Counted from the first letter of the stretch, positions 41,207 to 56,051 are shown. The stretch is DNA of 64,000 nt from Eledone cirrhosa (GCA_964016885.1 CAXHJY010001325.1:1-64000); one strand, 5' to 3'. Numbers and translations are program-made. Notes: generated from the sequence alone by a model not told the origin.

Positions 41207-43180
41207 ATGCTTCAAGCAAACTTTAACACCCTCTTATCATTACACCTGAGCCAGGACTTGTTTGCACCCATAAGGGACCTATTCAGACTATCGGAGAATC
41301 GTGCCAAACTCGGTTGCCAAATTACCTTCTTAAAACGCTGCCTAAAGAACAACATCATTCCAACCACCATCAGGAATATACATCTACCCGAATGTTTACG
41401 ATCACCATCCTTCGAAAACACCATCCGCCACATTCAACGCACGTTTATCAAGAAAATACTACGACACAACCACCACCAACTGCGACTCCATATACAAACG
41501 CTTTCCGAGCACATAGATCGTATAGCTCCAACCCTCACCCCTGACCACCAGGTCCAGGAAATACGCAAAGCTATCGATCAGTGTTACCACACCAGAGTCA
41601 AATATGATAAACAGCGCCTTATACGGAAATACGAATGGACTGTAAACAAATACTACAATGACAACATCCGCTCCCACAGACGGACCGACTACAACCACAC
41701 CAGGGGCAACAGCTATACAACACCCTCCGCTACACCCCCCAACATCGATCTACCTACCAACGATGCTTCACACCTCGTTACCGACCTAACCGGTACCCTC
41801 ACCAACGACGAACTCGAACTTCTGCGCCTCGGACCCAAGTTCATCATTACACAGCGTCTCGATGATAGACTGAAACTCGACATCGAAACCAACTTCTGTC
41901 GGACAGCATATCAACTGAAATGGCTGACCGCCATCCAAAACAACACCGAGATCGATTACAACCCCACAACCCACCCCACACTCCCCACATATCACCTCGA
42001 CAACCCACTCCACCCCCCACCCACCAACCACGAACTTGACACTAAACTACTCAGGTTGAAACATTCTATCTCTAACATCCTTTCCCAACACACACACACA
42101 CAATAAACGCAACCTCACCAATGCACAATTTAATACTCTCACCAACCTAAGATCCAGGAACCTTGTGTACCTTCCCTCTGACAAGGGGAAAGAATTCTGT
42201 GTCATCTCGAGAGAGACCTACAACAACTTAATGACCACAGCCTCTACTCGAAAGTCACAGGGACCTCCTCGACTCTAATCGAGGAAGGCATTAACACCAT
42301 ATGGACTAACATCTGTGTCCAACGAAAACTGCCAAAGAAGGTAAAAAACAACATAATGACTCGAAACAGCAAACTACCCACCTTCTCCCACCTGATTAAA
42401 ACACATAAACAAGGACCCGATTTGAAAATCAGGCCCATTGTCTCTAGCGTGGAGGGCCCACTCTACAAAATATCGTGGCTGCTCTCCACACTACTGAAAC
42501 CCATTCTACACACACTACCAGCCCACGTCTGCAGCTCAAAGGAAGTCTTGGAGCGACTACACCATCTGGCGCCCAACACCAGAAAGGACAACGGTTATGC
42601 CTTCAGTCTTGATGTGGTCGCCCTTTATACCTCCGTACCAGCATCCCCAGCTGTCGACCTGTTGACCGAACGAGTCCGAGCATCTAACTTACACTGCTTC
42701 GGACTCACACACACGGACATCCACCAACTCCTCTCCTTCGTTGTGGATAATGCACTCTTCAATTTCCTCGGCCACACGTACAAACAAATCTCTGGGCTAC
42801 CTATGGGCTCTAGTCTGTCCGGCATACTTGCGATCTCGTACATGGACCACCTGGAACGCAAGGCACTCAATACCTGCCAACCCAACGCCGTCGCCTTCTA
42901 CTCCAGATACGTTGATGACATCCTGATACTTACTTCTTCCCAGGAGATGGCGAATGAAATTCACCAAATCTTCAACGATACTGACCATCACGTCGATTTC
43001 ACCATCGAACACCCAGGAGAAGACGGGTCACTTGCCCTCCTCGACTTCCGTATCAACATCTCGGAAGAAGGAGACATAAACACCACCTTCTACCGCAAAG
43101 CAGCGTGCAAGGACTTATTTGTGCATTACAACTCAGCCCTCCCCAACAACGCTAAGAGAGGCTATGTCCTAAAGAACACC
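41207..43180 (+). pseudogene. Penelope-like reverse transcriptase ORF (N-terminus to thumb), with a stop and a frameshift
   Basis: ITFLKRCLKNNIIP, LLRLGPKF, SDKG, IKTHK, RPIVS, SLDVVALYTSVP, GLPMGSSLS, RYVDDI, FTIEH, LLDF. Confidence 0.9.
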
Positions 43181-43753
43181 AGACTACGATCTCTAACTGG
43201 ATTGTCAAACGCTCAATATCGGATTGTCGTGGATTATGTGAGGGGCATATAATCGAAAAATACACTCCCCTGACCATGAAAATGCCGAAGTACATGAAAT
43301 ACTTGACATCCCTTCGCTGTGCATCTCAAATACTTTTAACACTTTTAATGCTTGCACTATTTTTAATGCTTATAACATTTCTCCACACACAGACTATATC
43401 AATCATATAAAGAATTTGCCACCAGATCTACCAACCTAACACTCTTGTTTACCTACCTAAGTGCCTTTACTACACATATCTCTCTGCCACACTATATAAA
43501 CAAGACGCACATGCGTGCCACACATATAACATTTGCACTATATAACCGCTTATCTTCATGTTGTATTTTAACCTGTATTTTTGATTTTTGATTGTACCTC
43601 TTAATATAAATGTAATCTCGAAGTGTGTACTGCCACTCTAAATTCTGTAATGAATGTTGACCCACAATGTTTGAATATGTATCAATGTTTGAATATGTAT
43701 CGGTATGTCTCTCGGCTGAAAAGGAGGTCATATAACTGTCCATGCATTAATAA

Positions 43754-43806
43754 ATTGCTCCGAAGAATCCAAACCTCGGTTTGGAGGAAACAGCTGTAAG
43801 CCCAAT
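43754..43806 (+). ncRNA. Minimal hammerhead with U4C substitution, within a PLE-like region (~43250-43900)
   Basis: gct-CCGAAGA-a.tccaaac.ctcg.gtttgga.g-GAAA-cagctg (palindromic)-TA-agc. Confidence 0.68.
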
Positions 43807-44006
43807 AATGTTTTGAACAGTTCTTTGATTCTTATATTTCATATAACTGCTCTGTAAATCATCTGATGTTTTTACATTGAGCTACTTAACTTAGTGGTAA
43901 TAAGGTAGTAATACATTACTGCCTACCACTATTTAGGGTGTGTGTAAAATAATTATAACTACATAAGGTTTTGTATTTACATAACCATAAATAGTATAAC
44001 TAATAC

Positions 44007-44046
<40 letters not shown>

Positions 44047-44048
<2 letters not shown>

Positions 44049-44520
44049 CAATATTAAATAAATGGAAAACTATATTTATAAAACCATATTTATTTCATTA
44101 TATATATTTCGGGGATATCATATTAACAATATGCTATGCCTTCATCAGACAAAATACAATATAAACAGTTTTATAGATAAATATATTCGACATACCGTAA
44201 TAAACATCAACTTCATTTGAAGAGGTTTACTCTAGCAGTGACTGCTAGAGTAAACCTCTTCAAATGAAGTTGATGTTTATTACGGTATGTCGAATATATT
44301 TATCTATAAAACTGTTTATATTGTATTTTGTCTGCTGAAGGCATAGCATATTGTTAATATGATATCCCCGAAATATATATAATGAAATAAATATGGTTTT
44401 ATAAATATAGTTTTCCATTTATTTAATATTGTAAATATACTCCAAATATTTGTCGAGTGCTTTTATATCAGTTATAAATATTTACTAGTTGTAACCCAAC
44501 AATTTTAAATATAACTTTAC
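44047..44520 (+). mobile_element. PLE-like element (P7) with ~193-bp palindromic arms centred at 44240
   Basis: 44047-44239 vs 44241-44433, 1-nt loop, one visible mismatch; a unique 3' tail follows. Confidence 0.8.
44091..44156 (-). ncRNA. Minimal hammerhead (P7); the mirror copy at 44324-44389 (+) has CTGCTGA
   Basis: tattttgt-CTGATGA-aggcatagcatatt.gtt.aatatgatatcccc-GAAA-tatata-TA-atgaaata. Confidence 0.72.
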
Positions 44521-44886
44521 ATATATATACATATACATATTATACATATATATATATATACATATACATATACATATTATACATATATATATATATACAT
44601 ATACATATACATATACATATTATACATATATATATATATACATATACATATTATACATATATATATATATACATATACATATACATATTATACATATATA
44701 TATATACATATACATATTATACACATATATATATATACATATACATATACATATTATACATATATATATATACATATACATATTATACACATATATATAT
44801 ATACATATACATATTATACATATATATATATATACATATACATATACATATTATACATATATATATATACATATACATATTATACA

Positions 44887-45228
44887 CATCATCATCATCA
44901 TCATCATCATCATTTTACGTCCACTTTTCCCTGCTTGCAAGGGTGGGACGGGAACTGATTCTGGCTTGATTTCTACAGCTGGATGCCCTTCCTAACACCA
45001 ACCTCATTTACAGTGAGTGCTGGGTGCTTTTTTGCCGTGGCACCTCCACGACCACTTTGCAGTGGAATGATAGGGACCCTATCATCTCATTTCTACAGCT
45101 GAGTAAACTGGAGCAAAGTGAAATAAAGTGTCTTGCTCAAGGAAACAACACATCACCCGGTCTGAGAATTGAACTCCCAACCTTTTGATTGCAAGGCCAA
45201 TGCTCTAACCACTAAGCCATGTGCCTCC
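44887..45228 (-). mobile_element. tRNA-derived SINE with RTE tail, full length
   Basis: Alignable end-to-end with 1338-1682. Confidence 0.9.
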
Positions 45229-45382
45229 ATATATATATATATATACATATATATACATATATATATGTATATATATATACATATATATATATATACAGTA
45301 AGTTAAGTAGCTCAATGTAAATAATGTTTTGAACAGTTCTTTGATTCTAATATTTCATATATAAATATACATATATATATAC

Positions 45383-45430
<48 letters not shown>

Positions 45431-47582
45431 CATCATCATCATCAACGTTTAACGTCCGTGTTCCACGCTTGCATGGGTTTGGACGGGGGTAGTCCCACTT
45501 GAGGCAAGAGTGATTGGCTTGCTCGCATAGGACTGTCTGGCAGGTTTTCTACAGTTGGATGCCCTTCCTAACACCAACCACATTTACAGTGTGGGTCTGG
45601 GAGGTTTTTACCGTGTTGCCTACACGGCCACATTACAGCGTGGACTGTGTGTTTTTTTGTCGTGACACCTACACGATCTCATTTGTTTCGGCCTGGATGG
45701 CGCGGCACCAACATAACTTTACATAGAACGGGGTGGTGTGGATGGGGTGGTGGTGGTGGGACGGGGTGTATTTTGTTAGAGATGCCTACTGGCTGGAGTA
45801 GGTTTATTTACTATATATTTAGGTAAGGCGGGTCTTCTCTGTTACTGAGTACCGCCAAAGGTCTCGGTCCAGTGACATTGTCTTGGAGAGGTGTAAGTGT
45901 GTGATGTCGGAGTTTATCAGCTCGTCCCAGGTTTTTCTAGGTCTGCCTATTCCGTGACTACCGTCTATCTTTATTGCCCTGCACTTTGTTATACAGCTAT
46001 CGACTTTCATGCGCATCACGTGTCCATACCAACGTAGCCTTCTCTCGAGTAAACAACATCTGATCCCTCTTATCTCTAATTTTTTCCTTAGTTCGTTTAT
46101 GCTTTGCCGTTCACGTATATTACTGTTACACATCCAGCGGAGCATGCAAGCTTCGTTCCTCTCTAGTCTGGTATATCCTCTGCACACAATGCCCAGGTCT
46201 CACTGCCATGCAGCATTGCTGTTCGTATGCAGGCATCGTACAACCTGCCTTTCATTTTTAGGGAGAACCCTTTAGCAGCTAATAGTGGTATAAGCTCTCT
46301 GAACTTTTTCCAACCAGTTCTGACTCTAGCTACAGTACTTTCAGAGCACCCTCCCCCACTGCTGATTTTATCGCCCAGTTAACGGAAGCTGTCCACTATT
46401 TCTATAGAACCCTCTGCGCAATTGAAGGAGCTAGTATTTTGCGGGCACTTGCTGCTACTTATTGCACCAGAACACCGGCCACATGTAAAATCTATGTTCT
46501 TAGTTAGCTTACCTGTGATCCCACTACATCTTTTATGCACCCATACTTTGCATTTAGGACATAAAATGGAGTTTCTACCTACGCCTTTCCTACACACCGA
46601 GCACGACCATTTCCCAGAAGGGACCGCCGCTTTGTTTTCTTTCCTACAAACTAGAACGTTGGTCTTAGCCAGGTTAATTTTAAGTCCTTTTGACTCTAGG
46701 CCGTGCTTCCATGTTTGGAATTTCTTCTCTAGCTCGGCCATTGATTCCGCTATGAGTGTCAGGTCGTCTGCGTATAGGAGTTCCCATGGGCAGCCTGTCT
46801 TGAACTCCTCTGTTATAGCCTGAAGGGCAATAATAAATAGTAGGGGGCTGAGAACAGAGCCCTGATGGACGCCAACTTTTACGCTAAACTCTTCACTATA
46901 TTCGTTGTTAATTCTAACCTTGCTGACTGTTTCTTTATACATGGCTTGTATAGCCCTCCAAAGCCATTCGTCAACGCCTAGTTTTCTAAGAGCCCACCAG
47001 ATAATGGAGCGGGGGACTCTGTCGAAGGCTTTCTCCAAGTCGACAAAAGCTAAGTAGAGGGGTTTACCTTTAGCTAGGTACTTCTCCTGTAGTTGTCGTA
47101 CTATGAAAAGAGCGTCTGTGGTACTTTTGCCTGACACAAACCCGAACTGCATTTCATCTAGGTCAATTCTCTCTCTGATTAGTTGCGCTATTACTTTTTC
47201 CGTGACCTTCATGACCTGGTCGATTAATTTAATGCCTCTATAGTTGCTCCTATCTAGGGCGTCTCCTTTTCCCTTATAACAGTTAACGATGATGCTGCTA
47301 TGCCAGTCCTTCGGAACAACCCCATTCTGTACGACTTGGTTAACTATGCGGGTGACCATGGTGTGTCCCACCGTGCCAGATGCCTTCAGCATCTCAGCAA
47401 CTATTTCCGAAGGCCCAGCCGCCTTACCCGTCTTCATATCCTTGATTGCCTTACTTATTATACTCCCCTCGACTAACACTGCTGGTCCCTCTATTGGGTC
47501 GATATGGGGGAGACTGTCTTTCTCCCATTTATTCTCCTCATTTAGTAGCCTTTCATAGTGACACTTCCAAGCTACCTTCTTA
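45431..47582 (-). mobile_element. RTE-B LINE, 5'-truncated, disrupted
   Basis: Full RT core (QGSVLSP, YADD); stop at 46379, 1-bp deletion near 46170; 3' UTR and tail present. Confidence 0.94.
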
Positions 47583-47589
47583 TATATAC

Positions 47590-47626
<37 letters not shown>

Positions 47627-47682
47627 CATATATATATACATATACATATATATATATACATATATATACATATATATACATA

Positions 47683-47728
<46 letters not shown>

Positions 47729-47770
47729 TATTTATATATGTATATATATATATATATATGTATATATATA

Positions 47771-48213
47771 CAGAGGTATCCACGGTAAGTTGTGGGGTCT
47801 ATTCTGCATGAAAAACTCGATGTAATCCATATTTTGAAAATGTTGTAGGTTAAGATATATCACAGAAAACAATAAAACATTAAAAGGAAAACAGAGTCAT
47901 GATATAAGTTAAAACAATGAAATAAAAAATCAAGTCATTAGAGATATACTTCACTGCTTTACAGGCGTTTCTAGGTGATGATAATACATTGTAGCTATAC
48001 TCCGTTATTGATCTATTTAAGGTTAGTTACAAAATATCAGCTGGTGTTATGCATGTAAGTAAATATTCTCTTTATCTAATATTTTGTAACTAACCTTACA
48101 TAGATCAATAACGGAGTATAGCTACAATGTATTATCATCACCTAGAAACGCCTGTAAAGCAGTGAAGTATATCTCTAATGACTTGATTTTTTTATTTCAT
48201 TGTTTTAACTTAT
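47771..48213. mobile_element. P1-related PLE end with ~130-bp inverted arms and ~42-bp spacer
   Basis: About 47905-48037 is inverted at about 48080-48213; holds the hammerhead 3' half ctaGAAAcgcctgTAaagcag; patchy similarity to 7365-7640. Confidence 0.7.
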
Positions 48214-48258
48214 ATATGTATATATATGTATATATATATATGTATATGTATATATATG

Positions 48259-48289
<31 letters not shown>

Positions 48290-48290
48290 G

Positions 48291-48355
<65 letters not shown>

Positions 48356-48450
48356 GTATATATATATATGTATATATATATATGTATATATATATATGCA
48401 TATATATATATATGTATATATATATATGTATATATTTATATATATATATG

Positions 48451-48539
<89 letters not shown>

Positions 48540-48553
48540 GTATATACATATAT

Positions 48554-49969
48554 ATTAAATTAATCGACCAGGTCATCAAGGTCACGGAAAAAGTAATAGT
48601 GCAACTAATCAGAGAGAGAATCGATCTAGATGAAATGCAGTTCGGGTTTGTGTCAGGCAAAAGTACCACAGACGCTCTTTTCATTGTACGACAACTACAG
48701 GAGAAGTACCTAGCTAAAAGTAAACCCCTATACTTAGCCTTTGTCGACTTGGAGAAAGCCTTCGACAGAATCCCCCGTTCCATTATCTGGTGGGCTGTTA
48801 GAAAACTAGGTGTTGACGAATGGCTTGTGAGAGCTATACAAGCCATGTATAAAAAAACAGTGAGCAAGGTTAGAATTAACAATGAATATAGTGAAGAGTT
48901 TAGCGTAAAAGTTGGTGTCCATCAGGGCTCTGTTCTTAGCCCCCTACTATTTATTATTGCTCTTCAGGCTATAACAGAGGAGTTCAAGACCGGCTGCCCA
49001 TGGGAACTCCTATACGCAGATGACTTAACGCTCATAGCTGAATCAATGGCCGAGCTAGAGAAGAAATTCCAAACATGGAAGCACGGCCTAGAATCAAAAG
49101 GCCTTAAAATTAACCTGGCTAAGACTAAAGTTCTAGTTTGTAGGAAAGAAAATAAGGCGCCGGTCCCTTCCGAGAAATCGCCATGCTCAGTGTGTAGGAA
49201 AGGCGTAGGTAGAAACTCCATTTTATGTCCCAAATGTAAAGTATGGGTGCATAAAAGATGTAGTGGGATCACAGGTAAGCTAACTAAGAACACAGATTTT
49301 ACATGTGGCCGGTGCTCTGGTGCAATAAGTAGCAGCAATTGCCCACAAAATACTAGCTCTTTCAACTGTGCAGAGGGTTCTATAGAAATAGTGGACAGCT
49401 TCCATTACCTGGGTGACAAAATCAGCAGTGGGGGAGGGTGCTCTGAAAGTACAGTAGCTAGAGTCAGAACTGGCTGGAAAAAGTTCAGAGAGCTTATACC
49501 ACTATTAGCCGCTAAAGGGTTCTCCCTAAAAATGAAAGGCAGGTTGTATGATGCCTGCATACGAGCAGCAATGTTGCATGGCAGTGAGACCTGGGCATTG
49601 TGTGCAGAGGATATACGCAGACTAGAGAGGAACGAAGCTTGCATGCTCCGCTGGATGTGTAATAGTAATATACGCGAACGGCAAAGCATAAACGAACTAA
49701 GGAAAAAATTAGAAATAAGAGGGATCAGATGTTGTTTACTCGAGAGAAGGCTACGTTGGTATGGTCACGTGATGCGCATGAAAGATGACAGCTGTATAGC
49801 AAAGTGCAGGGCAATAAAGATAGACGGTAGCCACAGAGTAGGCAGACCCAGAAAAACCTGGGACGAGCTGATAAATTCCGACCTCACACACTTACACCTC
49901 TCCAAGACAATGTCACTGGACCGAGACCTTTGGCGGTACTCAGTAATAGAGAAGACCCGCCTTACCTGA
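48554..49969 (+). CDS. RTE reverse transcriptase with internal PHD-type finger, N-terminally truncated
   Basis: [26 protein letters not shown]4HC3 motif, [13 protein letters not shown]. Confidence 0.9.
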   Translation: MKLIDQVIKVTEKVIVQLIRERIDLDEMQFGFVSGKSTTDALFIVRQLQEKYLAKSKPLYLAFVDLEKAFDRIPRSIIWWAVRKLGVDEWLVRAIQAMYKKTVSKVRINNEYSEEFSVKVGVHQGSVLSPLLFIIALQAITEEFKTGCPWELLYADDLTLIAESMAELEKKFQTWKHGLESKGLKINLAKTKVLVCRKENKAPVPSEKSPCSVCRKGVGRNSILCPKCKVWVHKRCSGITGKLTKNTDFTCGRCSGAISSSNCPQNTSSFNCAEGSIEIVDSFHYLGDKISSGGGCSESTVARVRTGWKKFRELIPLLAAKGFSLKMKGRLYDACIRAAMLHGSETWALCAEDIRRLERNEACMLRWMCNSNIRERQSINELRKKLEIRGIRCCLLERRLRWYGHVMRMKDDSCIAKCRAIKIDGSHRVGRPRKTWDELINSDLTHLHLSKTMSLDRDLWRYSVIEKTRLT

Positions 49970-50469
49970 ATACAAAGTAAAACCTACTACAGTCAGTAGG
50001 CATCTCTAACAAAATACACCCCCGTCCCACCATCCCCACCCCATCCACACCGCCCCTTTCAATGTAAAGTTATGTTGGTGCCACAAAATCCAGGCCAAAA
50101 CAAATGAGATCGTGTAGGTGTCACGACAAAAAAATACACAGTCCACGCTGTAATGTGAGCGTGTAGGCAACACGGTAAAAACCTCCCAGTCCCACACTGT
50201 AAATGTGGTTGGTGTTAGGAAGGGCATCCAGCTGTAGAAAACCCGCCAGACAGTCCACGCTGTAATGTGACCATGTAGGCAACACGGTAAAAACCTCCCA
50301 GTCCCACACTGTAAATGTGGTTGGTGTTAGGAAGAGCATCCAGCTGTCGAAAACCCGCCAGACAGTCCTATGCGAGCAAGACAATCACTCTTGCCTCAAG
50401 TGGGAAAACCCCAGTCCAAACCCATGCAAGCGTGGAACACGGACGTTAAACGATGATGATGATGATGAT
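48554..50469 (+). mobile_element. RTE-B LINE, 5'-truncated, open RT frame; ~111-bp tandem duplication in the 3' UTR
   Basis: ORF open to 49969; duplicated unit at about 50139-50250 and 50251-50361; (GAT)n tail. Confidence 0.94.
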
Positions 50470-50514
50470 ATATATATATATATATACATATGTATACATA
50501 TATAGAAAAAAAAA

Positions 50515-50609
<95 letters not shown>

Positions 50610-50662
50610 CATATATATATACATATATATACATACATATATATATATATATATATACATAT

Positions 50663-51339
50663 ATAACGCACTAGATATCTCTCTCTGGTGTGTTACCTTC
50701 TCAACATATTATATTCTAAAGGGCTCAGGATCTCTTCCCCTTTGAGCACATTATTTACAGGGAATAACGACGGCCTATGCCTCCGTTAATTTATCGTGAT
50801 ATTTCGCTCCTAACAACAGCCTTTCCTAACTCTGTTTGGTTGAGCACTCTTCTCTGAGTGGCTTTGGGCTGCCCTTTCTAGCAGTTCGTCTCTCAGAGGC
50901 CACTGGTTCACTGCCCTTAAACACGCTGTGACTTCTCTCTCCCACCTGTAGCTGGACAGTCAATTGTAAAATTCTCTTAGTGTTGTCTGAAATGTATGGC
51001 CTTACACACGCTGATGAACCGAGACTAACATTTCTTTCAACAATTTTTCTGGCGAAACATATCTCTGGATTTGTACGTGTGTTATATAGTTATAAAGGTA
51101 TTTATTTACGCTTTAATTGATATTTTTAATTATCGTGTCTATAGTCTGCCTTTCATAGGTTATAGATTCCATACACTGGTGGTTTTTTTTCCCTGTATTA
51201 TTGATAACGCACTAGATATCTCTCTCTGGTGTGTTACCTTCTCAACATATTATATTCTAAAGGGCACAGGATCTCTTCCCCTTTGAGCACATTATTTACA
51301 GGGAATAACGACGGCCTATGCATCCGTTAATTTATCGTG
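50663..51339 (+). mobile_element. ORF-less 541-bp unit with ~136-bp terminal direct repeat and a hammerhead (retrozyme- or pLTR-like)
   Basis: 50663-50798 is repeated at 51204-51339; TA tracts on both sides. Confidence 0.75.
51004..51082 (+). ncRNA. Type I hammerhead ribozyme, canonical core, full stem III
   Basis: acacacg-CTGATGA-accgaga...ttctggc-GAAA-catatc.tctg.gatttg-TA-cgtgtgt. Confidence 0.82.
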
Positions 51340-53311
<1,972 letters not shown>

Positions 53312-53897
53312 GGTGGCTGCCAACTCGTTTTCGAGTACGGCCACTACTTTATATCCATGTAGGAGAACCCCTACGGATGCGCTGAACGAGTGTGACTTTT
53401 TAGTCCAGCCAGCGATTTGAAAACTCTGGTACAAACACTGCACTTGTGACGATTATTGACACATAGTGCTGGGCCCATGGTACCATGTGACGACAAGTGC
53501 AGAGAGATCTCCAGATATAAAGCAATGCTTGTGCCGTGAAGCTTTTATAGTGAGCAAAGTCACTGCACAAAGCCAGTCCCACTCTCTTAAACAAGATGAT
53601 ATTTACCAAAAAGAAGAACAAGTCAACATCATTGGATACCATCAGGGTTGCAGGTTATATCAGAGTTTTCCTTCTCCTAGAATTCTGCCTTGACAAAGGC
53701 TAAGGGGTCATCTCTCCCGGTGATTTTGAGCTCCATTACACTTTGACAGGTTTTGTTTTTAGTCCTGCAGGATGTCCAAAGTCACCCTCCTCACCAAGAA
53801 ACCTTGGTGGGGTTGCCAGTTTAGTCACCAACGACCCGACCATGAGACAGGTTGTACTGGGATATATGTTACCAGTAGCACCAACTGGTGACTTGAC
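53312..53897 (-). mobile_element. NA-RTE, both ends present, ~22-bp internal deletion
   Basis: Alignable to 8900-9507; deletion near 53728. Confidence 0.8.
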
Positions 53898-53920
53898 ATA
53901 TACATATATATATATATATA

Positions 53921-55832
53921 ATGAAAAATTTGAACGGGGACAGAACAGAGAGGCAGTACAATAAATGTTTATTAAATTCACGCTCAGGAGAGTGGGGGGT
54001 AGGTGGGGGACGACGTTTCGGGCATAAGCCCTTCCTTAGGTGGGAAGTGTGTGGGAACAGAGTTCAAAAGGTGTGTAGGGGAGTGGTGGAGAGACATATA
54101 GCGAAAGGAAACGGTGCGAATGAACAATTAACAAATAAAGACAAAAAATATCAAAAATAAAAATAAAGCATGATCAAAATACAAGGAATGAGAAAATTTA
54201 AAAATAAAGGCATGATCAAAATAAACTGAAATTAAAAGAGGGGTAAACAGGTGGTGGAAGGGTGTGGGGTGAGTAGGGGTGGTGGCGGGTGGAGTGGGGA
54301 GAGGGAGACGGGGTGTCCGAGCGGGGAGGGCTGAAGGTGGTGTGTGTGTGTAGGTGTGCGTGTGTGTGTGTGTGTGTATGTGAAAGTGAGGGTTGGGGGA
54401 AGAACGGGGTTGCATGTTCAGGAAGAGGTGTGTTTTTGTGGGTCGGAGTGTCTGTGCGTGTGTGGATAGAGGGTGGGGGGAGAGGAATCGGGAGGCTGAG
54501 GGTGTAAATATGTGGTGGGAAGCACGTGTGTGTGGGGTTTAAGCGTGTTGTGGGTGTGGGTGGCGTGTGGAGAAAAAAAATTTTTTGGGGGGGTGTGTGT
54601 GTGGGTGAGTAATATAGGTGATGGCGTAAGAGGATGGTTGAAAAGTTGGTAAGTTCCACGGATGTTTGGAGATTTGGTTATAAGTCAATTTCGCGTGTGG
54701 GTAATCCAAGAAGCGGTGGTCGGAAGAGGAGAGATGTGGGGTGCGCGCGCAACAGGAAGTGGTCAGCAGTGGGAGTGCTGTAGTCAACAGTGGGAGTGCA
54801 TTGGTCAGTTGGTGCTGGGAGGTGGTCGGAAGGGCATAGCAGCAGTCGGTGGAATGGTAGGGAGGCGAGGATGGGTAGGTGTGAGAGTTGGAGTGAGGAG
54901 GGTGTGTGTGTGTGTGTGTGTGTGTATTAGTAGGGGTGTTAGTGGGATGAGTGAGTGTGGAGCGGGGGTGTGGGTGGAGCGGGGAGAGAAGGGTGTGTGT
55001 GGTTGTATGGAGGGAGTGTGGTGTACTGGTGTGTGTGTAGTTTGGTGAAGAGGTGTTAGTGGGTGTTAGTATACGGGTGGTGGGGAGGGCTGGAATGCAG
55101 GTGTGAGTGGGGGTTAGTGGTGGTAGGGTGTGTAGAGTTGGTGGTGTACGAGGGTGTGTGGGTACGCGTGCGTGGGGTTGGGGGGTATTAGTGATGTTAG
55201 TTGCGTGTGGGGTGGGTGGTGTAAGTGGGTGCGAGGGTGCGTGTGATAAGGAGGGGGAGGAGGAGAAGGGGGAGGAGGAGAAGAGGGGAGGGAAGGGATG
55301 TTAGTATGTTAGTTGGGGAAGGGTGGTCAGATGAGGGGTGGAGTGGAGGTGTTAGTATTGTTAGTGTGGGGTGGGCGGTGAAAAAGAGAGGTGTGTTAGT
55401 GGTGGATAAGTGTGGGGGGAGGGGGGCGGTTGAACGCTAAAGGAATAAGGGTGGGGAGTTCAGGCCGGGGGGAGTGTGGGTCTGTAAGATGAAGATGGTG
55501 CGTTGTTCGACCGTAAGGCGATGGGCGGGTGTTTCGTGGCACTGGAGTAGGCCACAGACTGTGAGATGGTGTGCGGAGTGTCCAGGGCCACCAAAGTGGC
55601 GGGCGATGGGGGAAATGCCCCCGAGACGAATATCCCGGAGGTGCTCCGTGACTCGGTCCGCCAGGCGACATCCCGTCTGTCCGACATAAATCGCGCTGCA
55701 CTCCATGCAGCGAAGTCCGTAGACTAGGTTGGAGGAGGTGCAGCGGAAGGCATGCCGGACCGAGAGAGAGTGGCCGTTGGGACCCTGGAAGGTGGTGGTG
55801 TTGGTGATGTGGGGACAGGTGTTGAAGCGGGA
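53921..55832 (-). mobile_element. Penelope-like element (Neptune-like), 5'-truncated, with ~1.5-kb C/A-rich 3' UTR
   Basis: GIY-YIG ORF end at 55437-55832; hammerhead relic at 54010-54042 (CTAAGGA-agggc.ttat.gccc-GAAA-cg-TC). Confidence 0.85.
55437..55832 (-). pseudogene. GIY-YIG endonuclease domain (PLE), truncated
   Basis: [56 protein letters not shown]. Confidence 0.88.
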
Positions 55833-55895
<63 letters not shown>

Positions 55896-55930
55896 CATAT
55901 ATACATATACATATATATATATATATATAT

Positions 55931-56051
<121 letters not shown>

